Positions 8,633 to 17,139 of a stretch of DNA of 32,000 bases are shown here, in pieces. A model generated the notes under the pieces. The model was given only the letters and a program-made list of their open reading frames with translations, did not search any database and was not told the DNA's origin. The stretch lies in contig NZ_CP042911.1 in assembly GCF_008065095.1 (NCBI RefSeq), positions 6,750,001 through 6,782,000 on the forward strand. Direction: 5' to 3'. This DNA is from Gemmata obscuriglobus (GTDB lineage Bacteria; Planctomycetota; Planctomycetia; Gemmatales; Gemmataceae). The number at the start of each line of letters is the position of its first letter. Position 1 is the first letter of the stretch. A program made the position numbers and the translations under genes.

Positions 8633-10111
8633 ATGCGGAAGCTGATCGCTACGGGTTTGGGCGCCGTCCTGACCGCGAACCTTGCTGCGGCGCAGCAACC
8701 ACTCGTACCGATCCCGAACCCGTACCCACAACAGTCACCGACACGGCCGCTTACACCGATACCGAACCCGTTCCCGCAATCGCAGCCCGCATCGAACGTG
8801 CCCCCGAACCCGTATCCGCCGCAGGGGTTCCCGCTTCAGCCAGGCGCACAACCGCAACCGGGGTCGCTCCAACCCGCACAGCCCACCGCCTCCCCAATGC
8901 CGGGACGGCTCCCGCCACTTCCGGGCGCACAGCCGGGCGCAACGCAGAGGCAGGGGAACCAGCCGGCGGCAAGTCCGGCGACGGCACTCGGGGCGCAGAT
9001 GCCGCTTCCGTACGCCGAGCAGAAGTTCGCCCTCCGTGCGACGGACGTGGCGGTGAGACGCACGACAAGCGGGTGGGAAGTGTGGGCCGGTCAGAAGGTC
9101 CTTCGAAACACCGGCGAAAGCGAAGCGAACGCTCAGGATCTCGCCCGCGTGCTGCGGGAGCTGCGCCCGACCGAGTGGGTCACCATCGGCGGCGTGAAGC
9201 CGGTGGTGGAATACGGGCTCACCAACGGGCGCCCCGCGGTCACCGGTGGCGTGGTGCCGGAAACCAAGGAGGGCGGCACGGGAGAAGTACTTCAATCGGG
9301 CGGGACGAGCACCCCGCGGCCGGGCGCCGGCGCGGCCAAGTTCGTGCGGCCGATCGACCTCCGTTCGACCCGCGTGGAACCGGTTCGCGGCGTGTGGGTG
9401 GTCCGCGACGACGACAACATCCTTCTCAACTTTGGGACGGACAAAGCGGGCGCGGAGCAGGCCGGCGCGGCGATCCAGCACTACGGGTTCAACCGGCTCG
9501 GCATTGTGGGCGCGCCGACGCAACCGACCATGAGCTACCTGTTCGCCTCGGCGGACCCGGTGAAGACCATTCCGGGCGGCACGCTGGTGGTACAAAGCCA
9601 GATCGAAGCCCTGACGCGCACCGGCATCCCGGTTCCGGGGGTGGGGTTCACGGGCGAGATGATCAAGATCGACCCGCGGCGGGTCGAGGCGCGGAAGGAC
9701 GGGTTCGAGTGGGTCGTGGCGTTCGGACCGGAGGTGCTCGGGCGGTTCGGGCCGACGGAGTGGGCCGCACGCGAGGCCGTCCGCACCATCCAGGACGGGC
9801 GGTTCACCGAGTTCTGCAAGCTGGGGGGCGTCTCGGGGCTCACGTTCTTCCTCGTGGACGGTAAGCCCCCGACGCGCGTTGCGCTCGCCGCACTGGGCCG
9901 CAACCTCGATCCCAGCGCACTGAAAACGCAGCAGGTCAACGGCCGCTGGGCGGTAACGGAAAGCGGCCGCCAGTTGTTCGAGGTGGGCAGCGCCCAAGAG
10001 GGCGAGACGGTGATCCGCGTGCTCAAGGCCTTCGGGTTCGACCAGTCGGCCCACCTCAGCGCCGGCGGGGCGAAGGGCGGGATCTCGTTCTTCGTGAAGA
10101 ACCGACGCTGA
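8633..10111 (+). CDS. secreted protein: Pro/Gln-rich linker (PNPYP repeats) followed by four copies of an unrecognised ~70-85 aa module
   Basis: In-frame ATG at 8633 with GGAGTGGG upstream, giving MRKLIATGLGAVLTANLAAAQQ with a signal peptide (492 aa). The upstream part of track ORF 8315..10111 overlaps the P-II gene and is Arg/Gly-rich. Confidence 0.8.
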   Translation: MRKLIATGLGAVLTANLAAAQQPLVPIPNPYPQQSPTRPLTPIPNPFPQSQPASNVPPNPYPPQGFPLQPGAQPQPGSLQPAQPTASPMPGRLPPLPGAQPGATQRQGNQPAASPATALGAQMPLPYAEQKFALRATDVAVRRTTSGWEVWAGQKVLRNTGESEANAQDLARVLRELRPTEWVTIGGVKPVVEYGLTNGRPAVTGGVVPETKEGGTGEVLQSGGTSTPRPGAGAAKFVRPIDLRSTRVEPVRGVWVVRDDDNILLNFGTDKAGAEQAGAAIQHYGFNRLGIVGAPTQPTMSYLFASADPVKTIPGGTLVVQSQIEALTRTGIPVPGVGFTGEMIKIDPRRVEARKDGFEWVVAFGPEVLGRFGPTEWAAREAVRTIQDGRFTEFCKLGGVSGLTFFLVDGKPPTRVALAALGRNLDPSALKTQQVNGRWAVTESGRQLFEVGSAQEGETVIRVLKAFGFDQSAHLSAGGAKGGISFFVKNRR

Positions 10112-10114
10112 AAT

Positions 10115-10210
10115 AAGTCAAAAGGTGAAAGTGAAAAGGCAAAGGCGAAGGGCAGCCTGATCGGGCCGCTTGCCTTTCCCTTTTGCCTTTTCACTTTCAC
10201 CTTTTGACTT
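10115..10210. repeat. 96-nt AT-rich palindromic element / bidirectional terminator candidate between convergent genes
   Basis: The arms are perfect over 29 bp: aagtcaaaaggtgaaagtgaaaaggcaaa (10115-10143) and its exact reverse complement (10182-10210). They are extendable to about 40 bp with one mismatch and G-U pairs, leaving a loop of about 14 nt. Confidence 0.65.
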
Positions 10211-10215
10211 GAACC

Positions 10216-10470
10216 TCACCAGCCGAGCTTATCGCGGAGCTGATTGAGCCCGCCCGCCAGCGCGTCGGCGGCGGTGGGGTACGTCGCGGCGGCGTCGTCG
10301 AGCCGCTTGCCGTTGACGGTGCTGCTCACCGCGCACGCGAACTTGCCCGCGGCGGGCCGCACCTCGAGCTTGTACTGCGGGTTCCCTTCGAGCATCACGA
10401 ACGTCGTTTCGGTTCGCACCCCGGGCTTCAGCGCCCCGCCGCGCGTCTGCAACCAGTCCGGTACGGTCAT
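10216..10470 (-). CDS. small hypothetical protein (84 aa)
   Basis: The ORF MTVPDWLQTRGGALKPGVRTETTFVMLEGNPQYKLEVRPAAGKFACAVSSTVNGKRLDD... has GGAG 8 nt upstream and lies 36 nt downstream of the MFS gene on the same strand. Composition is protein-like. Confidence 0.65.
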   Translation of the reverse strand: MTVPDWLQTRGGALKPGVRTETTFVMLEGNPQYKLEVRPAAGKFACAVSSTVNGKRLDDAAATYPTAADALAGGLNQLRDKLGW

Positions 10471-10506
10471 CGCTTTGGCTCCGTGTTCGGGTTCGCCGAA
10501 AGCATA

Positions 10507-11916
10507 CTACTCCGGCAGCGGTTTGTCTTTCGTCTCGGGCAAGAACGGCAGCACCAGCAGCCCGACGAGGAACACCGCGCACATTGTCACGCAGGCGTAC
10601 CGGAACTGGGTCGCGGTGTCGCCGGTGAACATCTTCGGCAGCTCGCCCATCACGAACAGCCCGCCGGCCGCCACCACCCGGCCCGCGTTGTAGCAGAAGC
10701 TCGTGCCGGTGCTGCGGAACTTCGTCGGGAACAGCTCCGGCAGGTAGATCGCGTACCCGCCGAACAGCGCGAGCTGGCAGAACCCCATGATCGGGATCAT
10801 CCAGAAGATGTCCGACCGCGTTTGCAGAGACCAGAATGTACCCGCCGTTGAAATCGCCGCCAACACGAAGAACACCGCGAACGTCGGCCGGCGCCCGAAG
10901 ATGCCCGTGACCCAACTGAACGCGAAAATGCCCAGGAACGACCCGGCGTTCTGCACCAGCGACGTGATCCCGCGCCAGCGCCCGGTTTCGCCCTTGAGCT
11001 GGTCGCCGGACAGCCCCTCCGATTTCAGCGTTTCCTCCAGCGCGAGCCCGACGAGTTTCGGAGAGAAGAACCCGATGCCCCACAGCCCGATCACCCCGGC
11101 CCCGGTGAGCAACAGGGCGAGGAACAGCCTCTTGTTCCACGGGGCCGTGGTAAAGATGCCGGTGAGCGTGCCCGTGAACTGCTGCCACGGCGACGGCCGC
11201 GCGCCGGTCGCTTCCGCGGCCCGCAGGGCGAGCCACTTCTGCGGCTCCCGCAGCGAGAACTGCACCACGACGAGCAAAAGGCCCGGCAGGATGCCGAGCA
11301 GGAACATCACCCGCCACGGGGTGAGCCACCCGTCGGGCGGGAACGCGCCCTGCTTCTGGAGCGACCCGAGGTACATGCTGGTGAGCGCGGCGGTGCAGTT
11401 CCCGAGCACGCTCGACGCCTGGAACAGCCCCAGCGCGTACGGCCGGGCATTGTCCGGCACGGTTTCGGCCAGGAGCACCACCGCGGACGCGAACGCGCCG
11501 CCCACCCCGAACCCGGTCAGCAGCCGGTAGAGCATGAAGTCCCATTCGGTGACGGATAGCGCGCTGAGCCCGGTGAAGAGGGCGTACAGACCGATGGTCG
11601 CGGTGAGCGTTTTCACGCGCCCGAGCCGGTCACCGAGCACCCCGAACCCGATCCCGCCCAGCCCCCACCCGATCAGGAACACCGCGGTGGCCCACGACCC
11701 TATGTAGCCGACTTCCGGGGACGTCGCCGGCTTGTGCATCAGCGCCGACAGGGCCGGCTCGCGGGCCAGCACGAAGAGCTGCTGGTCCATGCAGTCGAGG
11801 TCCCACGCGAGGCAGCACACGACGAACACGAACCACTGGTAACCGGTCAGGTCCCGGAGGCTGGCCCAGCCGGTGCGCGGCGCGACCGGCGCGGGTGCGG
11901 AAGAATCAACGGACAT
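10507..11916 (-). CDS. MFS transporter
   Basis: The start is trimmed to the ATG at 11916 (MSVDSSAPAP...). The protein has about 12 hydrophobic segments and MFS motif A (GVLGDRLGRVKT). The substrate cannot be inferred. Confidence 0.9.
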   Translation of the reverse strand: MSVDSSAPAPVAPRTGWASLRDLTGYQWFVFVVCCLAWDLDCMDQQLFVLAREPALSALMHKPATSPEVGYIGSWATAVFLIGWGLGGIGFGVLGDRLGRVKTLTATIGLYALFTGLSALSVTEWDFMLYRLLTGFGVGGAFASAVVLLAETVPDNARPYALGLFQASSVLGNCTAALTSMYLGSLQKQGAFPPDGWLTPWRVMFLLGILPGLLLVVVQFSLREPQKWLALRAAEATGARPSPWQQFTGTLTGIFTTAPWNKRLFLALLLTGAGVIGLWGIGFFSPKLVGLALEETLKSEGLSGDQLKGETGRWRGITSLVQNAGSFLGIFAFSWVTGIFGRRPTFAVFFVLAAISTAGTFWSLQTRSDIFWMIPIMGFCQLALFGGYAIYLPELFPTKFRSTGTSFCYNAGRVVAAGGLFVMGELPKMFTGDTATQFRYACVTMCAVFLVGLLVLPFLPETKDKPLPE

Positions 11917-12089
11917 GGCAGCTCGGTACGTGGCGCGCGGGCCGGGGGCGGCCGCCCCGCGTGTGGTGAGGACAGTTCCGGAGACATTACACGGCCGCCG
12001 AACCGGAAGCCAGCATTTCCGCAAACGTGCCGCGGTCGCTATGATGAATCTTTTCCCCTTTGTGCCGGGTCCGCGGGGGTCGCGTTCCG

Positions 12090-12920
12090 ATGACGCATGA
12101 GGATCTGTTCCCGCTGTCCATCGGGTTCCTCGGCGCCGGCCAGATGGCCACGGCCCTCGGGGCGGCGTGGGCGAAGGCCGGGCTCCTCGACGCGGCGCGA
12201 AGCCGGGCGGCGGACCCGTACCCCGAGACGCGCGCGAAGTTCCAGGCCGCCACCGGCATCGAGACGGTCGCGTCGAACGCCGCCGTGGCCGCGCAGTGCG
12301 ACGTGCTGGTCGTGGCCGTGAAGCCGCACAACGTCTCGGCGGTCGCGGCCGAGATCAAGCCCGCGCTGGAGCCCCGGCACTTCGTCATCTCGATCGCCGC
12401 GGGGGTCACCCTGGACACGCTCGCGGCCGAATTCGGCACCGCGCGGCTGGCCCGCGTGATGCCCAACACCCCGTGCCTGGTAGGCGCGAGCGCGAGCGGG
12501 TACGCCACGCGGAACCCGCAGCCGGACAACACCGACACCGCTCTCGTCGGGAAGCTGTTCGGCGCGGTGGGCCAGGCGTTCCACCTGCCCGAAAACCTGC
12601 TCGACGCCGTGACCGGCCTGAGCGGCAGCGGCCCCGCCTACGTGTACATGTTCATCGAGGCCCTGGCCGACGGCGGCGTGAAGTCCGGCCTGCCGCGGCC
12701 GGTGGCCCAGGCGCTCGCGGCCCAAACGGTCCTCGGCGCCGCGAAGATGGTGCTCGAAACCGGCCTGCACCCGGGCGCGCTCAAGGACGCCGTCGCGAGC
12801 CCCGGCGGCACCACGATCGCGGGCATCCACGAGTTGGAGCGGTCCGCGTTCCGCGCCGCGGCCATCGGCGCGGTCGAGGCCGCCGCGCGGCGCGCCGGGG
12901 AGTTGGGGAAGAAGGAATAA
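12090..12920 (+). CDS. proC: pyrroline-5-carboxylate reductase
   Basis: ATG at 12090. The protein has the Rossmann motif IGFLGAGQMATALG, the ProC signature SGSGPAYVYMFIEALADGGV and PGGTTIAG. Confidence 0.93.
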   Translation: MTHEDLFPLSIGFLGAGQMATALGAAWAKAGLLDAARSRAADPYPETRAKFQAATGIETVASNAAVAAQCDVLVVAVKPHNVSAVAAEIKPALEPRHFVISIAAGVTLDTLAAEFGTARLARVMPNTPCLVGASASGYATRNPQPDNTDTALVGKLFGAVGQAFHLPENLLDAVTGLSGSGPAYVYMFIEALADGGVKSGLPRPVAQALAAQTVLGAAKMVLETGLHPGALKDAVASPGGTTIAGIHELERSAFRAAAIGAVEAAARRAGELGKKE

Positions 12921-12925
12921 AAGAG

Positions 12926-13014
12926 TTCACCGCAGGGGGCACGTGAGCGGGCAAAAAACAGAAGCCGAGCACGGCCCATGTTTTCTTGCGTCCGCGCGTG
13001 CCCCCTGCGGTGAA
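12926..13014. repeat. REP-like palindromic element (TTCACCGCAG...CTGCGGTGAA family), copy 1
   Basis: The arms are perfect over 18 bp: ttcaccgcagggggcacg (12926-12943) / cgtgccccctgcggtgaa (12997-13014), with a 53-nt spacer. It sits between the proC stop and the guaA start. Confidence 0.65.
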
Positions 13015-13033
13015 GCAGTTACTGGTTCCACAA

Positions 13034-14578
13034 ATGACAAACGAACTGGTCCTGATTCTCGACTTCGGCTCGCAGTTCGGGCAACTGATCGCCCGGCGGG
13101 TGCGCGAGTTGAACGTGTTCTGCCAGGTGGTGCGGCACGACATCTCCGCGGCCCGCGTGAAGGAGCTGAACCCGAAAGGGATCATCCTCTCCGGCGGCCC
13201 CGCGAGCGTGTACGAGCCGGGCGCGCCGCACTGCGACCCCGCGGTCTTCGACCTCGGCATCCCGGTGCTCGGCATCTGCTACGGGATGCAGCTCGCGTGT
13301 CACTTCCTGGGCGGCAAGGTGGGCGGCGCGGCCCACACCCGCGAGTACGGCCGCGCGACCCTGAGCGTGACCGACCCGGACACCATCTTCAAAGGCTACC
13401 CGCCCGAGTCGATCGTGTGGATGAGCCACGGCGACCAGGTGCAGAACGTGAGCGGCGACTTCGTGCCGCTCGCGGCCACGGACGCCTGCCCGCTGGCGGC
13501 GGTGAAGCACACCTCGCGCCCCATCTTCGGTCTCCAGTTCCACCCGGAGGTGGCCCACACCCCGCACGGCGGGCAGATTCTGGCGAACTTCCTCCGCGAC
13601 GTGTGCGGCTGCTCCGGCCAGTGGAAGATGACCGCGTTCATCGAGAACACGGTCGCCGAGATCCGGCGCAAGGTCGGCAACAAGCGCGTCATCTGCGGGC
13701 TGTCCGGCGGGGTCGATTCGAGCGTCTGCGCGGCCCTGCTGGTGAAGGCCATCGGGCCGCAGGTGGCGTGCATCTACGTCGACAACGGCCTCATGCGAGA
13801 GGGCGAAACGGAGCTGGTGAAGCACACGTTCCGCGACTGGTTCAAGGCCGACCTGCACGCGGTGGACGCGGGCGAGCGGTTCCTGACGGCGCTCGCCGGG
13901 GTCACCGACCCGCAGCAGAAGCGCAAGATCATCGGGAAGGTGTTCATCGACGTGTTCAAGGAGGAGGCCAAGAGCATCCCCGACGCCCACTTCCTCGCCC
14001 AGGGCACCCTGTACCCCGACGTGATCGAGAGCGGCGGCTCCCCGGACGGCCCGGCGGCGACGATCAAGCTGCACCACAACGTCGGCGGGCTGCCCGCGGA
14101 GCTGGGGTTCGAGCTGATCGAGCCGCTGCGCGACCTGTTCAAGGACGAGGTGCGGCACCTGGGCACCGAACTCGGCCTGCCAGAAGACGTGGTGTGGCGC
14201 CACCCGTTCCCCGGGCCGGGGCTCGCGGTGCGGTGCCTCGGCGAGGTGACCGATCCGAAGCTCCAAACGATCCGCAAGGCCGACACGATCTTCCTGGAAG
14301 AGCTGCGCAAGGCCGGTTGGTACCGGAAGACCTCACAGGCGTTCGCGGTGCTGCTGCCGGTTCAGAGCGTCGGCGTGATGGGCGACGGGCGCACCTACGA
14401 GAGCACCATCTGCTTGCGGTGCGTGCAGACCGACGACTTCATGACCGCGGACTGGTCCCGCCTGCCCGAGGACCTGCTCGCCCGGACCGCCACGGCGATC
14501 ATCAACCGGGTGAAGGGCATCAACCGCGTGGTGTACGACATCAGCAGCAAGCCGCCCGCCACGATCGAGTGGGAGTAA
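13034..14578 (+). CDS. guaA: GMP synthase (glutamine-hydrolysing)
   Basis: ATG at 13034 ([25 protein letters not shown]). The protein has the GATase catalytic GICYGMQL, the ATP-pyrophosphatase P-loop SGGVDSS, and the C-terminal dimerisation region ending ...PPATIEWE. Confidence 0.97.
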   Translation: MTNELVLILDFGSQFGQLIARRVRELNVFCQVVRHDISAARVKELNPKGIILSGGPASVYEPGAPHCDPAVFDLGIPVLGICYGMQLACHFLGGKVGGAAHTREYGRATLSVTDPDTIFKGYPPESIVWMSHGDQVQNVSGDFVPLAATDACPLAAVKHTSRPIFGLQFHPEVAHTPHGGQILANFLRDVCGCSGQWKMTAFIENTVAEIRRKVGNKRVICGLSGGVDSSVCAALLVKAIGPQVACIYVDNGLMREGETELVKHTFRDWFKADLHAVDAGERFLTALAGVTDPQQKRKIIGKVFIDVFKEEAKSIPDAHFLAQGTLYPDVIESGGSPDGPAATIKLHHNVGGLPAELGFELIEPLRDLFKDEVRHLGTELGLPEDVVWRHPFPGPGLAVRCLGEVTDPKLQTIRKADTIFLEELRKAGWYRKTSQAFAVLLPVQSVGVMGDGRTYESTICLRCVQTDDFMTADWSRLPEDLLARTATAIINRVKGINRVVYDISSKPPATIEWE

Positions 14579-14608
14579 TCGGCGTTTGGAACGCGGAGTA
14601 AGGCCGTA

Positions 14609-14764
14609 TTCACCGCAGAGAGCACGAGAGGGCGCAGAGAAGACCGGGGCAAAGCGATATCGCAATCCCACTCGATTTCGATGTTCGGCGGCGCGTGGCT
14701 TTCTCAAGCTCACTCTTGCTATTATTGCCTTCTCTCTGCGCCCTCTCGTGCTCTCTGCGGTGAA
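14609..14764. repeat. REP-like palindromic element (TTCACCGCAG...CTGCGGTGAA family), copy 2
   Basis: The arms are perfect over 32 bp: ttcaccgcagagagcacgagagggcgcagaga (14609-14640) and its reverse complement (14733-14764), with a 92-nt spacer. The outer 18 nt match copy 1 at 16/18 positions. It starts 30 nt after the guaA stop. Confidence 0.7.
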
Positions 14765-14805
14765 TCCTGTATTTGGAAAGCCACAACGGTGGAGGCGTTC
14801 CAGCC

Positions 14806-15048
14806 GTGCGAGCCGACATCTGCGCGTCCGACGACTACGCCACCCGCGACCGCCTCCTCGCGGCCATTTACGAGTTGGGCGGCGCACCGGAGGGGGACAC
14901 CGAAGCCATCGGCATCGGGTTGCACCGCTACTTGTTCCCGGCGGGCGAGGTGACGGTGTTCGCGGACGCGTGGCTGGTGGACGTGGAAGGCCCGGACCAG
15001 TTGGTACGTGACCTCCTACAGTTAATCTCCGCCGGGGAACGCGGTTAA
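14806..15048 (+). CDS. small hypothetical protein (about 80 aa; start uncertain)
   Basis: GTG at 14806 with GGAGG 10 nt upstream, giving VRADICASDDYATRDRLLAAIYELGGAPEGDTEAIGIGLHRYLFPAGEVTVFADAWLVDVEGPDQLV... The track start (TTG 14773) abuts the palindromic element. Composition is protein-like and no family is recognised. Confidence 0.5.
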   Translation: MRADICASDDYATRDRLLAAIYELGGAPEGDTEAIGIGLHRYLFPAGEVTVFADAWLVDVEGPDQLVRDLLQLISAGERG

Positions 15049-15081
15049 AACTATCCCCCTCTCACCACAAGGAACACGCCG

Positions 15082-15495
15082 ATGATGGCTTGGCCGACGA
15101 TGATTTGCGGCGCGCTGCTGGTTCTGGTCGGGATCGTGGGCTACGGCACCTCGGAGGTGCAACCGCCGCCGGTAACGGCGCTGATCCCGGCGTTCTTCGG
15201 TGCCGCGCTCGTGCTGTGCGGCGCGCTGGCGTTCAACGACAAGATCCGCAAGCACGTGATGCACCTCGCGGCGATGATCGGCCTCCTCGGCGCGCTCGGC
15301 GGGTTCATGCCACTCGTCCGCCAGATCAGCAAAACCGGCGAGTTCGACCCGACGAAGAAGTCGGCGATCTCCGGCGAACTGATGATTCTGGTGTGTGTGG
15401 TGTTCGTCGGATTGTGCGTGAACTCGTTCATCCAGGCGCGGAAGGCCCGCAAGGCGCGGGAGTCCGCGGAGGCGAGCGGTGCGCCCGCGGCGTAA
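15082..15495 (+). CDS. membrane protein, 4 predicted TM helices
   Basis: 137-aa ORF with AAGGAA 7 nt upstream. It has four hydrophobic segments and a basic C-terminal tail (ARKARKARES). Confidence 0.75.
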   Translation: MMAWPTMICGALLVLVGIVGYGTSEVQPPPVTALIPAFFGAALVLCGALAFNDKIRKHVMHLAAMIGLLGALGGFMPLVRQISKTGEFDPTKKSAISGELMILVCVVFVGLCVNSFIQARKARKARESAEASGAPAA

Positions 15496-15726
15496 CCGCC
15501 TGCCGGCCGGGACGTATCAAAGAGTGGCCCGTGGTGTGCAACCGCGGGCTCATTTCGGAAAGACAGCGGTCGCAGATTTACGGAACAGATCGCGCCCCCC
15601 CCGCGTGGCAAACCATTCCGGTCCGGTCGTACTTACGGCCCCCCCCATCAGGCCACACGAACGCTTGGCTGCATTCACGCGACCTTCACGCTATGCAGAG
15701 GCCACAACAGTAGTCTTGCAGATCTG

Positions 15727-15770
15727 CCTCAAGGCCGGTACAAATCTGCAGATTTGTACCGGCCTTGAGG
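15727..15770. repeat. 44-nt perfect palindrome in an intergenic region
   Basis: cctcaaggccggtacaaatctgcagatttgtaccggccttgagg is its own reverse complement, centred on CTGCAG. It is immediately preceded by a second 10-nt palindrome, gcagatctgc (15718-15727). Confidence 0.6.
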
Positions 15771-15886
15771 CGGCAAGGACGGTCCTTAGCACACCAAACA
15801 CTGGTTCGGCCACCCGAGGGCTTCGGGCGGTGGTGGGCTTCGATGCTGGTTTTGCTCTCGCCCGACTCGGACGAACTGGAGGGAAC

Positions 15887-16327
15887 ATGCGTACCTTCGC
15901 CCTCGGCTGGATGGTAGTGTTCGCGCCCACGCTATCGAGTGCACCCGTTCCGCGGCCAGCTATCGACCCCAACTTGGTCGGGCGATGGAAAATGGTGGGC
16001 TACTCCCCAGATCTCTCGAAAACGCCGATTCGGCCGTCTTTCTTGCCGGTGGGCATCGACCTGGTGTATGTGTTCCGTGACGACGGCCGTCTCGAACTGC
16101 GGAACGAGTTCTCATATGCTTCTCCGGATGTGCGCACAGGGACATACGAGGTCTTCCACTCCGAAGTCCGCCACACGGCTACTTGGGACAGAGATCGGGG
16201 GAAGGTGCTGACCATGCGGATTGAGCGCTTGTCTCCGGGCCGCGTGGTGCTGACCGAGGACGGCACTACGCTCGAATTCGAGCGCATTGAGATCGCCCCC
16301 GCCCCGCGCGCTGTGGTTGGCAAGTGA
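15887..16327 (+). CDS. small secreted hypothetical protein
   Basis: Internal ATG at 15887 with GGAGGGA upstream, giving MRTFALGWMVVFAPTLSSAPVP... with a signal peptide (146 aa). The 5' part of track ORF 15479..16327 is Arg/Pro-rich and crosses the palindrome. Confidence 0.7.
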   Translation: MRTFALGWMVVFAPTLSSAPVPRPAIDPNLVGRWKMVGYSPDLSKTPIRPSFLPVGIDLVYVFRDDGRLELRNEFSYASPDVRTGTYEVFHSEVRHTATWDRDRGKVLTMRIERLSPGRVVLTEDGTTLEFERIEIAPAPRAVVGK

Positions 16328-16382
16328 TCCATGTGCGGCCGCAACCGCAGCACCAAAGGCAGCCGAACCCGGGACCGCACAC

Positions 16383-16437
16383 GACACCGCCATCTGATTT
16401 GGAACGCACCGCTCATCCGATGAGGGCGGTGCCGGTG
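16383..16437 (+). repeat. 55-nt intergenic element, copy A
   Basis: An ungapped hand alignment with 17140-17194 gives 46 of 55 identical positions (gacaccgcc..ctgatt.gg.acgcaccgc.catccg.tga.g.cggtgc.ggtg). Confidence 0.7.
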
Positions 16438-16491
16438 AACTTGTAACCCGGTGCCCTGTAGAAGCCGGATGAGCGCTCGCAAGGAGAATAG

Positions 16492-17106
16492 GTGGTGACA
16501 AGGATGCTGACGGCAGTTTTCTCTCTTGCCTTCGTGCTTACAACAGGTTCGGCAACCCCCGTGCCCAAAGAAGCCGACTGCCCGGCCGCCTACTATCCAA
16601 CAAAAATTGGCACCAAGTGGTCTTATGACTGCAGGGGCGTTCGCCCCCGGAACTCAGGGGAGATGGTGGTCAGAAACGTTGAACGGAAAGGCAATGACAC
16701 CGTAGTGACGACCGAGTTCGAGGACGGCGGCCAGTGGCGTGTGGGGGAAAAGATGCTGGTGTCCAGCCGCGGGCTGTTTGTCTTGGAACGTGGCGGCAGC
16801 ACGTTCGACCCGCCGGTCTGCCTGCTCAAGTTGCCCCACAAGCCGGGCGCGCAGTGGGAGACGGTGACGAAGTTTGGGGACAGCGAGATCCGGTTCAAGC
16901 ATAAGGCGCTTCGCCCCGAGTTGGTCCGGGTCGCGGCCGGGCGGTTCGAGGCGCTCCCCGTCGTCGAGCACATGCAATTCGTCGACTCGGACGCGAAACT
17001 GTGGCCAAATACGCACTGGTACGCCCCGGGCGTTGGGCGCGTCAAACAGACCAATGAGGGCGGGCTGCGATACTTAATGGAGTCGTTCACCCCGCCTGAG
17101 AGGTAG
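16492..17106 (+). CDS. secreted hypothetical protein
   Basis: 204-aa ORF. AAGGAG at 16481-16486 precedes GTG starts at 16492 and 16495 (an ATG at 16504 is the alternative). The product has a signal peptide (MLTAVFSLAFVLTTGSATP) and a beta-rich body. Confidence 0.75.
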   Translation: MVTRMLTAVFSLAFVLTTGSATPVPKEADCPAAYYPTKIGTKWSYDCRGVRPRNSGEMVVRNVERKGNDTVVTTEFEDGGQWRVGEKMLVSSRGLFVLERGGSTFDPPVCLLKLPHKPGAQWETVTKFGDSEIRFKHKALRPELVRVAAGRFEALPVVEHMQFVDSDAKLWPNTHWYAPGVGRVKQTNEGGLRYLMESFTPPER

Positions 17107-17139
17107 TCTGAGGCTGAGGCGGTGCCCGGCGCGGCATCT

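Noticed and set aside
12017-12045. Possible sigma-70-like promoter for proC (TTCCGC - 17 nt - TATGAT)
   Set aside because: The -35 element is poor, planctomycete promoter consensus is not established, and such matches are expected by chance in an AT-richer spacer. It is not reported as a feature.
13019-14266. 415-aa minus-strand ORF and 552-aa plus-strand ORF (12943..14601) overlapping guaA
   Set aside because: The guaA frame (13034..14578) carries all catalytic motifs. The competing frames are Arg/Gly/Pro/His-rich with no motifs.
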